Shown here piece by piece: positions 41,119 to 55,405 of a stretch of 64,000 nucleotides of DNA; position 1 is the stretch's first letter; each line of letters starts with the position of its first letter. Position numbers and translations under genes: made by a program. The notes below the pieces were generated by a model, which was given only the letters and a program-made list of their open reading frames with translations, was not told the DNA's origin and made no database searches. This stretch comes from Octopus vulgaris (Eukaryota): NCBI GenBank assembly GCA_951406725.2, contig OX597816.1, positions 20,150,001 through 20,214,000 on the forward strand. Direction: 5' to 3'.

Positions 41119-41744
41119 ATCACAGATACACATATACACATATATTTTTTAGCAATAGCTTAAGTATGTGCAGTAATCAGTTTAGTGAAAGGAGAAAGAA
41201 AATGTATGAACATAATTGCCATTTTTTTCATAATTATAGTAAGAGACACACCTTATATATATATATATATAAGGTGTGTTGATGTTAAATTATTTATAAA
41301 ATATTAAACCCTGCATACGATCGCTTCTGATGGCAACACAGAAATTTAAGGAACATGGAAAAAATTAAACTAATTATAATTATAAGTGAATTAATTTAAT
41401 TACATATTACCATTCTCTTCAATACAAAAAGAAGAATAGATCAGAAAGATAGTATCAGAAGAAAATTATGTTGTTTCAGAAGACTCTACGGAGTCTGTGT
41501 CACATAACCCATTCGGATATTCATAAAATGATTATGGAGGATGAAATATAATAACATGCTTAGGTAGTGTTGAGTCTAGTTGTGTTAGAACTAAAGCTGT
41601 TTGAATTGGCCTAGGCACTTACCGGCATAGATTTAAAATACCGACGAATTAAAGGATTAAACAGCAAAATGTTTATAAACACTTATAGGGATTATATTTT
41701 AAAATGTTGCTTAAATTATAAGCATGAACACTTATCAATATCCC

Positions 41745-42231
41745 TCTTTCAATAAAGAACAAAATAAGAATTGTTAACACTAACGTAAAAGTGGTGTTAT
41801 TGTATGGGGCTGAGACATGGCGAACAACAGTTAAGTCAAATAAGCAAATAAAATCATTCATCAACAGATGCTTGTGTAGTATACTTAAAATTAGATGGGC
41901 CGAACACATAAGCAATATGGAGCTAAGGCAAAGAACAAATCAAGTTTCGATTAGGGAGCAAATATTTAAGAAAAAGTGGAAGTGGATTGGTAGCACAATT
42001 AGAAAAGACACACCAAATGTAGCGAAAACTACTTGACAGTGGAAACCGGATGGATATAGAAAGAAAAGTAGGCCTAAGAATTCGTGGCGTAGATCAACAT
42101 AAAAGTAAATAGAGAAAGGAGGACATGCATGCCAGAGTATAAGTACAGAAGCGAAAACTTATCCGTCATAGAATTCAGTTATAAGTGGCCTATACTCCCC
42201 GTTGGAGGGTTAAAGGCAGAAAAAAAAAAAA
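41745..42231 (+). pseudogene. 5'-truncated RTE-clade LINE 3' end with A tail
   Basis: NTNVKVVLLYGAETW...FINRCL..ILKIRW..ISN.EL...WKWIG..IRK...W.P.G.RK..RPKNSWRR, with stops; A-run at about 42220-42231. Confidence 0.88.
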
Positions 42232-43217
42232 TTACTCTTTAACAACAACATGCAAGCATATTTGGCCTCTTCAAAATTCTCTCTGAGGCTTTCTTTGTAT
42301 TCAAAATATATCTATGTTGGTGATTTCTATATCTAGCACTGAAAGTTGAAGGTATTTGTTCAGCATAGCAAAAAAAGGCCTTCAGATCCTACACTCTGTT
42401 TCGTCATATTTAAAGAGTTTCTAGTATATGGCAAATCACGATATATATCTGATGCTATTCGTGGAGCAATCATTTCATTTCATTTATCCCCCACTCAAAA
42501 CTATGTTGTTATTTTAACTTTAAAAGCAATTACTAGCTTACGTACGAAACTGCAGAAAAATCCAAATTAGTGAATGTGGCGAGTATGTGCATATCATGAA
42601 TTTATTCCAACGGAAAACGACATGCTGCAAACAGTTCAACAGGATCTTATCACTTCTCGTTTGAACTAACACCCTTTTTCATAAATAAGCCTGCAGGTTT
42701 TGACAAACATAGCTGAGATTTTCGCCTAGGGATAAAACGTAACACCTCCAAAGAATGGAAACTGCAAAATCAGTCAGTTGAAATCGGGAATGCAGGATTA
42801 TTATCTATTCTGAATAATTGTTCATAATAATTATATTCTACGGCTGTCAAAACGCCTTTCTATAATATTTCGCATACACTGATAGACATAAAAGCGTTTA
42901 TATTGCTAAATATATACGCACGGGTATACACTGGAAACAAGCAATAACCAATTATGTATCTCTATTACATCTCGGAAAGCTTTCACTTCGAAAGGCAGCA
43001 GACAGAATTAATCAAATGAAGATACATTTGAGATTTAAAATGCGTGTGATAATGGCATGGGATAAATATATATCATACGACTAGTTTAATCAATTATGAC
43101 AAATGAGGAGCCCTTCTTAACATCACTGAAATCAACTTCGTACATGTGCGGAATAATGAAAACCGCGACGCATTCATAAACATCCGCGCACCCACAGACG
43201 CGATCGTGCACACACAC

Positions 43218-43257
<40 letters not shown>

Positions 43258-43396
43258 TTACACACACACACACACACACACAACAGAAATCATATATACT
43301 GTAAGAAATATAGATATGCTTATGCATTCATGTATAATATTTATTTGCATTTATGACTATATATTATTATTATCATTATCATTATTATTATTATTA

Positions 43397-43442
<46 letters not shown>

Positions 43443-44224
43443 CATTTGTTTGCATTTTCATCTATAATATAAACAATTTCACATTAATCTAGAGGTTTAG
43501 TCCATACTTTTGTAGAGGACAAATTTACTATTCTTTACAAAGAACAGTATTAAGAGTGACTGCGAACTTTCGGCCAGTTAAGCCATCATCAATATATATA
43601 TACATATATATGTGTGTGTGTGTGTGCATGTGTGAGTGTGTGTCTGTGTGTGTGTGTGTGTGCTGGTGAACATAGATACATACACACGCACACACAAATA
43701 TGCCTGAAGAATTTCGTTTGCGTAATGATACTTTGAGTCATGTGCAGTTGGAGCGTAATCCGCTCTGATTTCCATTCCTGATAAGTTCTCCTTATATCGT
43801 TGTTGCCTTCTGGAAAGGCATGAAGTTAACAACTGCCATCAGCCATGCCATCGTCTTATCTAAACACAATTTAGCAACCTATTTATTCAGTAATAAATAT
43901 CGTTACCAAGTAAAGCAAATATTGTGTGAAGAAGGCTTGGTAACATTTCTCATTCACATTTCAAAAGGTCTGTTTTAGACACACTTCACGAGACAGTACT
44001 CTTTCGTTTATGTATCCATTAATCCTGAATAAATTCGAATAACATTCTAATTGTCTAGAATAAATTTTCTCTTCCAAATGATGCATATTTAAACATTGTT
44101 GATGGCTGTCGTGCTTTGTTGTTATTGCCCTTGCATAGCTTCGCCACTGCGATGAACCTTAGATTTTCAAAAACGATCATTGTGCCAGTTTGGGCGCATG
44201 CAGGGCGCATTATGTGATGTCTAT

Positions 44225-44459
44225 AAGGCGGCGAGCTGGCAGAAACGTTAGCACGCAGGGCGAGGTGCTTAGCGGTATTTCCTCTGCCGTTACGTTCTGA
44301 GTCCAAATTCCGCCGAGGTCAACTTTGCCTTTCATCCTTTCGGGGTCGATAAAATAAGTACCAGTTGCGCACTGGGTTCGATGTAATCGACTCAATTCCT
44401 TTGTGTGTCTTTGTTTGTCTCCTCTATGTTTAGCGCCTTGTGGGCAATAAAGAATAAAA
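44225..44459 (+). mobile_element. Full-length SINE family A with 15-bp TSD
   Basis: TSD TTA(T/C)GTGATGTCTAT at 44210-44224 and 44460-44474. Confidence 0.92.
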
Positions 44460-45303
44460 TTACGTGATGTCTATTCCTTTCAGAAAGGGATAGGGTGTGG
44501 TTTGGTTCTGTTTTCTAGCAGATAACTTTACCATGTACTTTTATGTTTTTGTGTCCTTGTAGTGTTAATGGTTGTTTTTACTCGTTGGTTTTTTTCTATG
44601 TTCATTCTGAAGCTGAACGAGAAAAGCTTTGATGAAGGGCTATGCTAGACATAACCATACCGTCTTCTTGAAGTTATTGAGAACTATACATATTCTAATA
44701 TATCAGCCACTGTTTAAAGAGATGCGGTTTAACTTTTGACGGAAATGACTGATGTTCTTAGCAAGAGGCTTCCTCGTCTTTAGTTGTCGTAGTTTTTAGG
44801 TACAAAGAAGATTTTATGAGAATAATGCGTGACATTTCATCTACTCTTGCTTATGCAAGTCTTATTTTTTCCATATAATTGATCGGTCGAAACAAAGTTC
44901 TGAGTAAATTTCCATTTTCTCAATTGCTTTGGTGGAGAAATACTGCGCTGTGTAAGAACTACTATATCGATTATAAATTGTTCAGTTTTTCCCTTTCATA
45001 AAACACCACTATGTTATGTTTCTCTATTACATCTCCCGATTTCTTTGACTGGTGAAATCGCATGATTTTCTTTACTACTCTGCTCACCAGAACATTGCAA
45101 AGAATTAAAATTGATGTTGTTGGGTGAATATTGTTTATACACACTTTGGTCTTTCCTTCTAAGCAACGAATATTTTGCAGTTTTCTGCTTGTAGTTCTCT
45201 ACCTGTACTTTAGTAATCTGTGTCGCATCCATTTTATGATTCTCCGAAACTTCCTGTTTTAGAATCATCCTAGTCAAACGAATAAATATACACACATGCT
45301 CAC

Positions 45304-45359
<56 letters not shown>

Positions 45360-46494
45360 CCACATACATATACGTATATATAACAAAGTGGAGTTATATT
45401 TATATATTCGATTAACAGTTTATTTTGCTATATATATATATATATATATATACGATTAACACTTTATTTTGCTATATATACATACATACGTATATATATA
45501 TTCGATGAACACTTTATTTTGCTACGGCTTTCGCTTTAAATTTAGCTTGTTGCTGATGTGTAAGTTTGAGTGGAAATCATTGAACATCTTCTTTAGTTTT
45601 GATGATTGTAGTTCGGTGAAAGACAGCACGAAATATAGAAGCAAGGCAACGAGAATAAATGTTTCAAATTAGGTCTCTGAAATAACGTAAATTTGACGGC
45701 AGATCTACAATCGAGCGAATGAGCATTTTCTCTGGGAATTCAGACTTTTTAAATGATGGAGCCGGTGTTAACAATGATAAAAGAAGCAATGAAAAGGAAT
45801 TACCTTGCAATATTTCTTTTGTATCGTAGAATTTATGGCTTTTAGTGATACGCTTCTTATTCATTTATTTATTTTATTTTATTTTTCTCATTAGAACATT
45901 CACTTTCTTAATGAACTATTTAATCACTTTTGCTATTTTATACATTTCGATTGATCATCAGATTTGCGCAGGCATTGCGATATCATAGACAGTTTTTGTA
46001 ATCAATTCAGGCCGAAGCTCTATTCATTTTTCTGTCTGCATGCTTGTAATGTTGTGTTATTCATCAATAACTAATTTTTACACCAGCTACATGAAACATT
46101 TCTGGAATAATTACGCTCTTCTATTGGTCGCTGATTTATATATTCGTCTTTCTGTTCTTACTTTAAATACCTTAATTTTATAGAAGGTAGGGAAAAGTGT
46201 AATTTTCCATATTGGTTTAGATTTCAGCCTATTCTTCACACGTGACGGGGATAATTATTTTCTGTATATCGATCATTCAATTGTACATAAGATAAGATTT
46301 CCCTACGTTTCTTTGCTTCCTCTGAAAAAATTACTATCTTACCCAAAGGAAGAAAGACTGCTTCTAAAACATTTCTTCGTAACTAGTGGCATAAAGAGAA
46401 GAGTTTATTCTCAGGTTAAGGCTCTGGTGTAAGCATTTGCAAATATGTAGGCTCCACTAATATGGGAATTAATGTGGGGCATATAAAGTCAACT

Positions 46495-46855
46495 TACTAG
46501 TACTTGTGGCGACATTTACCCTGGCCGGGTTGAGTCGGCTTCTTCCTTGGAAGAAGTTTCGTGGGAATATGTGGATTTCACAAGCGGTCCCCAACAATCC
46601 CGCATGTAGAGACATCCTGTTTGCCGCAGATTGTTCGCAGACGCAGGGACAGAACGACCGAGGAGCCGGCGGTTGCCGAAACAGACACTCCGAGGATTTT
46701 CCCAGACCGAGCGTTGTGGCCCTAATACTACTCGGTGTCAGACTAATCCGTCTTGGGTGGCCCTACCAGGAACCGAAGTCCCCGACGGCATAGCTCTGAC
46801 ACTACCCGTTGCCTGCGTCCCCACCACGGTGAGGAGGGGATGGATTTGGGGACGC
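46495..46855 (-). mobile_element. 361-bp non-autonomous RTE derivative
   Basis: TSD AAAGTCAACT; GAGCTATGCCG...TAGGGCCACCCAAGACGGA resembles RTE-BovB/Expander 5' UTRs; CAAGTA-CTAGTA tail; empty site at about 36465. Confidence 0.75.
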
Positions 46856-48267
46856 AAAGTCAACTATAACAATCCGGGTATATAATGTTAACTACCCGAG
46901 AACGAAAACTCTCCAGCGGATTCCACGCAGTTTCTCACAAATAATTATATTCACACATCTTTCTTAGAGCATTGGCTACAGTAAAAGCAATTGTTTCAAG
47001 TATACTGCGGTGGTATTGGACATAAATTTGCTTAACTTCCATATAAACTTGACAAAGACACACTGTAAGTTATGTAGATGTTAGATTTGAGAATTGAGCA
47101 ATATACCAGCCACATTTTTTTTTTCTTTCGTTATTGCTATCGTGACTGTTATTTTATCTTCGGTTATTATATCCGTCCATTTCCTCTGAAGCACATGGAT
47201 TGTATTTCCTTTATCTTCGGTGGATTATTTCATTTCTTTTATGAAGCAATAGTTTTTTCTTTGTCTACTTTTATTTCAGTATTTCTTTAAAAGAATCTTG
47301 CTCTCTTTCTTATACCTGTCCATTGCAATTGTTGCACATGGTTCGTAAAACGCTTTTGTTACGTGGATTATTTAATGTTTTATATAGATTTTTTTACTTC
47401 CTACAATTGTTTCCTAAAAAGCTTGTATACTTTAAATTAAGGTTGTTCTCTCTTTATAGTGTCCTTGTCCAATTTCCTTTAAATATTTGTTTCTATCTCT
47501 CAGAATATTTCTAATTTATTTAATTCACTTGCCCCTGTCGTTTTTCAAACCCATGTATTCTCCGCAATTGGATTTTCCCAATTTAATTAGTCTTACGTTT
47601 TTGTTTCATTCGCTTCTCTTTTGTTGATCCTTAATTCAGAACTTCTGCACAGTATTGCATTTTTACCGTTGTTATTTCGACGTTTTTGTTTCAAAGATCC
47701 TTCGTGTTATTTTTATTTATTTTCTCGTTCACTTGATATCGTTTGAAGAATTTTTTCCTGGCTGTTTCGATTGCATTTTCTTATTTTCTCTGAAATAATT
47801 ATTGTTTTTCTATTGTTGTTATTTCCGTAGCTTTATTTTCATTGCATGCTTTAGCTGCACAATCAAGCGCAGCTCTTCGGCTGCATGTGCTTTGATTACA
47901 TGCAGTTGTATCATTCTCTTCACTATTATTTTTTTTATTTCCTATTATTACCTTTACATATATTGTTATCGTGGTATACCTTGTTATATATATTTTTCTC
48001 TGTTATTGTTTTCCCTACTCTTGCTTCTAAATAACAATTTCCTTTTTATTAACCTGAAAACTGAGTGCCTATCAAAAATATTCCACGGAAAAAATCCATA
48101 TGTTCCCTTCTGGATAAGAATCGTCAGAACCCATCCATCACAATTTACTTAATTCGCATTACTCTACAGAAAACGAGAATATATTTCCATATTTTCGAAA
48201 CGCGACTCAAAGTGACGGTATTCTGGAGCAGCTTATATTGCTATCAAACGTAATAATATTAACAATA

Positions 48268-48327
<60 letters not shown>

Positions 48328-48540
48328 TTATTTATTTATTTATCTATTTATATATGTACATAAATGCATATACACGTATATACATATATACTATGATGTA
48401 CGGAAATGTATCTCGATAGCTTTTAGGGTCAACTAATACATATGTGTATATACATTTTAACCTAAAATTATACACAGCGTAACAGCAGCGCGTGCATATA
48501 ACTGAATACGAGTGCATGATAATTATAAATACTTATTTGC

Positions 48541-48832
<292 letters not shown>

Positions 48833-48961
48833 TCTTTTACTCTTTTATTCTTTATATATATATATACCAGAGTAAGCACATAAATGTGAAACAAGGTGGA
48901 AGAAAGAGTACTCAATATCAGAGATAGAGTAATATGCTTTATTTAAAAGCAGCAGAAATTC

Positions 48962-49014
48962 AACAAAACCTGTTACTCAGAGTTTCACGTTACCGTTCGT
49001 TGGATAGTTTTGTT
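48962..49014 (-). ncRNA. Degenerate hammerhead motif
   Basis: AACAAAACUAU CCAACGA ACG GUAA CGU GAAA CUCUGAG UA ACAGGUUUUGUU. Confidence 0.55.
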
Positions 49015-49481
49015 AAAAAATTTTAATATATATGTTTTTATATATAATAAAATATATATAATTTTATATATAATTTATATAAATATATCTGTCTATCTAT
49101 CTGTCTGTCTTTCAATCTGTTTTTCTATATGTATGTTATGTGTGCGTGTGTGACTGTGTTTATGAGTGTGTGTGTGTGCGTATGCATGGATGTGTGTGTC
49201 TGCGTCTTATCATGCGCTGTGCTTATACTTATCTCTTATTTCCCAGTCCTGTCCTAATTCTCCTGATCACTGCACCATTGCAATCTTGAATTCCCCCAAC
49301 CTCTTTATAAGCCCAAGTTTTTACCAGTCACTGCATTCTCCACTCCCACACACATTGATATTTTTTGGTGAAATCTCTACTCCCTGCTCATGCCCCTTGG
49401 CAATACCCTTCCATTTATACTTTGACTCCGTATCTGAAAATATGCCCCTCTACAGTAATACACCTGTTCCTCTCTCGTTTT

Positions 49482-49835
49482 GCGGAGAAGCAACGGCTCA
49501 TTGGTAACGGCAGCGGACAGGTGGTTGTAGGATTGCGGTTTCGATTCCAAGACCGGGCGTTGTGAGTGTTTATTGAGCGAAAACAACTAAAGTAGTAGCG
49601 AACTCTGCTGTACTCTTTCACCACAACTTTCTCTCACTCTTCTTGTTCCTGTTGTACCTGTACTTCAAAGGGCCAGCCTTGTCACATTTTGTGTCACGTG
49701 GAATCTCTCTGAGAACTACGTTAAGGGCATACGTATGTGAGCAGTGCTCGGCCACTTACACATTAATTTCACGAGCAGCCTGTTCCGTTGATCGGATCAA
49801 CTGGAATCCTCGTCGTCATAACCGACGGAGTGCCA
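49482..49835 (+). mobile_element. SINE, head C with tail C
   Basis: Homologous to 11595-11976. Confidence 0.85.
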
Positions 49836-50102
49836 CGATATTCTGTCTCCTTTCATCATCTGGCACAATATCACCTCCTCCAATGCCTCATTCCATCTCA
49901 AAAGATCTTTGTCTTGCAAGTTTCTTGGGGATCCTGCTAGTGCTGGTACAGATAAATAACACTCAGTTTGCATTGCGCAGTATTTGATGTCACGAGGGGT
50001 ATCCAACCGTACAAATCATGCCAAAACAGACTGAGAAACATGATGCAGTCTTCTGCCTAGCCAGTTCCTGTCAAACCGTCCAACCTGTGCCAGCGTGGGT
50101 TA

Positions 50103-50292
50103 CGAAAGGATGCTGCAAAATGTTCCTATCTTTGGTTAAATGTAAATACAGAAGGATTTGATAATTATGATTTTATTCAACATGTCCTCCGCTCAGATTC
50201 ACATACCTATTGCAGCGTGCCTTCCGTTTTTATAAGCCCTGAAAAAAGAAAATCCGAATGGGATGAAACCAGGAACTTCTCAGTATTCCTCG
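50103..50292 (-). mobile_element. Mariner-derived MITE (irritans-like TIR)
   Basis: TA|CGA...CTG.AAA.GTTCCT TIRs; residual RCNRYVNLSGGHVE* transposase tail; paralog at 58695-58909. Confidence 0.65.
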
Positions 50293-50299
50293 TATATAG

Positions 50300-50332
<33 letters not shown>

Positions 50333-50333
<1 letters not shown>

Positions 50334-50541
50334 CGCCATATTGATTCGCTAGCTTCTGCACTCATTTTTTTCTCTCCTTGTTTCTCTCTGTGTCTCTTTT
50401 CTGTGTATCTTTCTGTTGAAGAGCGTAGGCCCGAAACGTAAAAGAATTGTTTTATTTATATTCCTGAGCGCCATACTAATACAATTGTTTGTTTGTATTC
50501 CACCTGCCTTCGTCTTTTGTTTATTTTCATAAAGCTTCCCG

Positions 50542-50579
<38 letters not shown>

Positions 50580-50714
50580 CCCCACTCTGTCTTTTTCCTC
50601 TGTCTTCCCTTCTCTGGATCTTTCCTTCTTTCCTGAGCGTCCAATAATACTATATTTGTTCCACGTCCTCTCGTTGTTGTGTTTTTTTGTGCTTTCTTGT
50701 TTGGATTGACTTTA

Positions 50715-50720
<6 letters not shown>
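50333..50720 (+). mobile_element. Two Penelope-like terminal fragments in (TA)n: H2 (hammerhead 50408-50445) and H1 with the ribozyme deleted
   Basis: UCUUU CUGUUGA A GAGC GUAG GCCC GAAAC GUA AAAGA; 50576-50720 aligns with 55930-56150 minus the motif. Confidence 0.7.
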
Positions 50721-50797
<77 letters not shown>

Positions 50798-50877
50798 TGT
50801 GTGTGTGTGCTTGTGTATCTGTATATATGTAAGTTATCTATGTCTGTATGTGTATGCATGTATGTAACTTATGTATA

Positions 50878-51406
50878 TTGGGTTGTCCGGAAAGTTCGTG
50901 CCGATTTATAGCAGCTTACCTTTCGACTTATTTTAGAACATGGTCGAGTCCATAAAATAAGATTTGACTACACCCCTATTTAGAGCACAGTTTAAGATGT
51001 GTTAATTCTGTAACCCTTTAAAATGGAAGATAAAAATGTTCATTTTCGGTACTTGATGCTTTGAGAACCAGACAAAAATTGATGCAGCTCGGCTGGGATG
51101 TGTTACCCCACCCTCTATGTTCACCAGATATTGTTCCTTCGGATTTCCATTTATTCAGTTCTCTGCAGAATAGTCTTAATGGTAAAAATTTCAATTCCTT
51201 GGATGACGTAAAAAATTACCTTGATGAATTCTTTGCCATGAAACCACCTCAATTCTGGGAAGAGGGTATTTTCAAGTTAAAGGAAAGATGGAGACGCATT
51301 GTGCAACAAACTGGTTCATATTTGGTTGATTAAAAATGTAATGGCAAGTATTTATTGACCCTTTTCTTTCCTTTGAAAATCGACACGAACTTTCCGGACA
51401 ACCCAA
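50878..51406 (+). mobile_element. Internally deleted mariner transposon
   Basis: TIR TTGGGTTGTCCGGAAAGTTCGTG(C/T)CGATTT with TA TSD; MEDKNVHFRYLML start joined out of frame to LGWDVLPHPLCSPDIVPSDFHLF...ERWRRIVQQTGSYLVD. Confidence 0.92.
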
Positions 51407-52117
51407 TATAAAATGGCTGAGAACTACTGCTATAGATCCTTGCTGTTTCGGCTGCTGCTGCTAACATAACTACTGTTCGTAAGGACGTTGCCACTACTGC
51501 TTGCCATTGTTGCTGTTCTGGCGTTTCTACACCTTCCGAGATTTGTATCTGAATATTGTAAGACTTTAGTCTTGCTTTCATGGGAGTGAATGTCGCTCCT
51601 GTATCGGATGCCTTTTAAAATACTGTCTGTAATCGTTATATCGGTGCTGATAGATTAGGTAGAGCGGTTTAGACATAGGGCTTGTAATAATCTAGGTGTG
51701 GTCTTTCCGATCACTTATAAAACTCTTTATCGGTTTGCTTCACTCTTCCTCCCTGTGGGTTTCATATATCAGAGAAGCAGACAGGCACCGGGAACGATTT
51801 AGCATTACTATAAAATACTATAGACGTGAATTTAAATAGAATACGAATAGAATTCGAGAGTAAGACAGACATAGATTAGACACAAACATCCGCAAAAATG
51901 CTCTTTGCAGAGAGCATATCTCTTCGTGAGATATGAATGCAGCAGACCACTAGGGCATTATACACGCGCGCGGTAACACACACACACACGTACACACATG
52001 TATATATGATTATATATAACCATGCATATGAATATTGATATGAACATTTTAAATATGGATATGTGTGTGTATGTGTGTTTATATATGAATATATAGTTAT
52101 ATAGATTTAAAAATACA

Positions 52118-52168
<51 letters not shown>

Positions 52169-52861
52169 GTATGCTTATATATGTGTATCTGTATGCGCGC
52201 GTGTGTGTGTATGTATGTGTGTGTGCTCATTTCTAAATGCAATCGTATATGTTAGTGTGTAAATATATGTGTTTGGGCTTGCAACATCAATTTCCCATTT
52301 GATGTGTTGTCAGTTTTGAAGTAAACAATGTATATAACATTATTTACCGAATATCATATGTCTGCTAGATATGTATTCCCATGTCAGAATCTGGTTCAGT
52401 CAAAGTTATACAGCGCGAAACAGATGCAGAATGATTGAGAGAGAGAGAGAGACAGAGAGTGAGAGAGTGAGAGAGAGATAATAGTCAACGAAAGAAATAG
52501 CGAATAAAATGATATATATATTATTAATGTTTCTATTGAATGTGATAATAACGAATGACTGCGATAATCGTGATATAAAGTATAAACTTACGGCCATGAT
52601 GATGAAGATGATGACGACGGTGATAATGATGGTTATGCTAATGTGTAAAATATTTATGTCTGCTATGGTTTGGTTATTTATAGTGATGGTGCTGGTCTTG
52701 GTGATGCAGTAGGAATCGTTTGTTATGGTAATGAAGACTGAAGAAAAATATAAATAGAAACAAAAGTAAGTGAAAAAAAAAATATATATATTTGAAACGT
52801 TATATGTATTTTATAGATTCGAGTTATTTCGAATATTGATAACTATGAAAATATTATAGTC

Positions 52862-52892
<31 letters not shown>

Positions 52893-53055
52893 TGACGATA
52901 CAACTATTATACACTCACACAAACATATGTGTGTGTTTTGTGTGTTCGTTTGTGTGTGGTGTGTGCAATGGTCGTGTCATTATGTTTATAATTTTAGGCA
53001 CCTATTATATTTTCATAGTTATCAAATAATATTCGAAATATTCGAGATTATATAC

Positions 53056-53105
<50 letters not shown>

Positions 53106-53175
53106 GTATGTATGTGTGTACATATATGTATATATACATGTATGTATATATATACATAAATATGTATATATAGAC

Positions 53176-53285
<110 letters not shown>

Positions 53286-55038
53286 CAGTAAAGCTACCGA
53301 TCAGGCAATTCTCCTAGTTCTCTATTTCTTTGAGAAACGAAAAGAGAAATGTTTATAATAAGCTTTGGTAAGCACACCAAAACACATGTGGCAAGTGTGA
53401 CGAAAATCCAGTTGAGGTTTAGTACAGCTTATCCGCTCGGTAATCCTTAAAAAAAAGGGCACCACAGAAGCAAGAAGACCATAACTACAAAGCTGGCCAC
53501 AGTATCAGAAACTATTTCGTATGTGAATTACGGGAAATTAGCACTTTTATAGATCTTTTAGCACTTTTGCGCTCTTTTGTGATCGCTACATGGACACTAA
53601 GTTGACATTGGTAAAATTCTTCTGACTTGAGTGTACAAGCTTTTTTACACTTGAAAGTTCGAAATCTCCAGTATCCACGGCTGATGTGTTCAAGTGAATC
53701 ACAAGTTGATATAAATAAAAGAAGGTAAGAGGAAAAGTATATCGTGTTGATACAGTCAAGAATTCTATTAAGTTGCTCCGTGATCATTACGTTCAATTTT
53801 CATCCATATTCAAAGTGTTATTTCGTTGAATAAATTGACACTATCTTGGCCTTTGGGTTGTACTCAAATTTACTGGAATAAATCATAGAATCGGGTAAGA
53901 TTGCTTTTTGCCCCTGCTATGTTTTTTAGTATGTTAAGGATTTCATTATTAACAGCGTATTCAGTATATTGTTCTGTCTTTGATTAATATATTGCACCTC
54001 CTAAAAATCTATATCTATCTTCCTATAATTTTCACCAATAGGACATGATATGTGATTTAATGAAACGTGACGCTTGCAGATGTAGACACAATGCAAACTG
54101 CCGAATCACCTCTGGGAGATTTTGTCTCTTTTCACAAATAAGCATATTGAATGTGATATCCAAATTTATATATTCATATAGAATGATGCTGTGTTACTGA
54201 TTTAGCTATTAATGCTCAGTCATAAATTAGCGTCATCTAGTGAAGAGGGTTTCGATTTCCGAACACCTATTATATTATAAAACTATTTACAGAATATCAT
54301 ATGTCTACTAGATATGTATTCCCATAATGGAGCGTCACCTAGTGATTAGTGTTTTGATTTTCGGACAGGTCTATGCATTGTGAGCTTGCGTAAAACACTT
54401 CCTTGCTTCATCCACCCAGCTGTAAACGAATAACGCTGCGACGGACAGGCTTCTCGCTCAGCGGAACTGTTGTGATCTCGGACACTTATACGGCTTGGAA
54501 AAAGCGGTTATATGAGTCACAGGACTCATACCTCTAGTGGTCGGCGATGGAGATGATGATGATGATGACGACGACGACGACGATGATGATCCTTGCACAC
54601 ATATTTTAATACCGTTGTACTTGTCATAATTTTCGTTATATATTCACAAATAGTTTCTCTACTTCTTAATTTCAACAGCATAGAAGGCATGGTGAGCGCT
54701 CACTGATGACTTTTTACTGAATAATAGTATATTATGATCTAAAACATGTGCCACAGTTTTTATATTACTTACTTTAGCTCGTCAGCAATCAAGCACATTG
54801 TTTTCTCATACGAACTCTAATGATATCATTGTTAATGATGTCGTATGTGATGATATCTTTGTAGGCATGTAATATTTCTACTGTGACTAGGCGTATCTAT
54901 GAGTACTTTTATGTGCGTGTGTATAGATACGTACATACAACTAAAAATACAAATGTTCATACGTATATGTAAGAAAGAATATTTCATTTCCCAAGGAGGA
55001 CAAATACATATTATTCACCTCTTTCACATTGTTATAAA

Positions 55039-55210
55039 AGGTGCAGGAGTTGCTGTGTGGTAAGTAGCTTGCTTACCAGCCACATGGTTCCAGGTTCAGT
55101 CCCACTGCTTGGTACCTTGGGCAAGTGTCTTCTACTATAGCCTCGGGCCGACCAAAGCCTTGTGAGTGGATTTGTTAGACTGAAACTGAAAGAAGCCCGT
55201 CATATATATG

Positions 55211-55251
<41 letters not shown>

Positions 55252-55405
55252 TTGTGTGTCTGGGTGTATGTTTGTGTGTCTGTGTTTGCCCCCCCCTCTA
55301 ACATCACTTGACAACCGATGCCGGTGTGTTTACTTCCACGTAACTTAGTGGTTCAGCAAAATAGACGTATAGAATACGTACTAGGCTTCCAAAGAATAAG
55401 TCCTG
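55039..55405 (+). mobile_element. SINE family B
   Basis: Homologous to 10034-10443; CCTTGGGCAAGTGTCTT motif. Confidence 0.9.

Noticed and set aside
45405-45524. Repeat-spacer pattern as a CRISPR array
   Set aside because: Spacers are TA microsatellite, the context is eukaryotic and there are no cas genes.
45925-45968. CUGAUGA...GAAA on the minus strand
   Set aside because: No helix II or helix I pairing; a chance match.
46790-46855. HDV-like ribozyme at the 5' end of the RTE derivative
   Set aside because: A P1-like stem exists, but I could not build P3/L3, P1.1 or P2.
47060-47900. A-rich minus-strand region as a LINE N-terminal remnant
   Set aside because: Too decayed to show diagnostic motifs.
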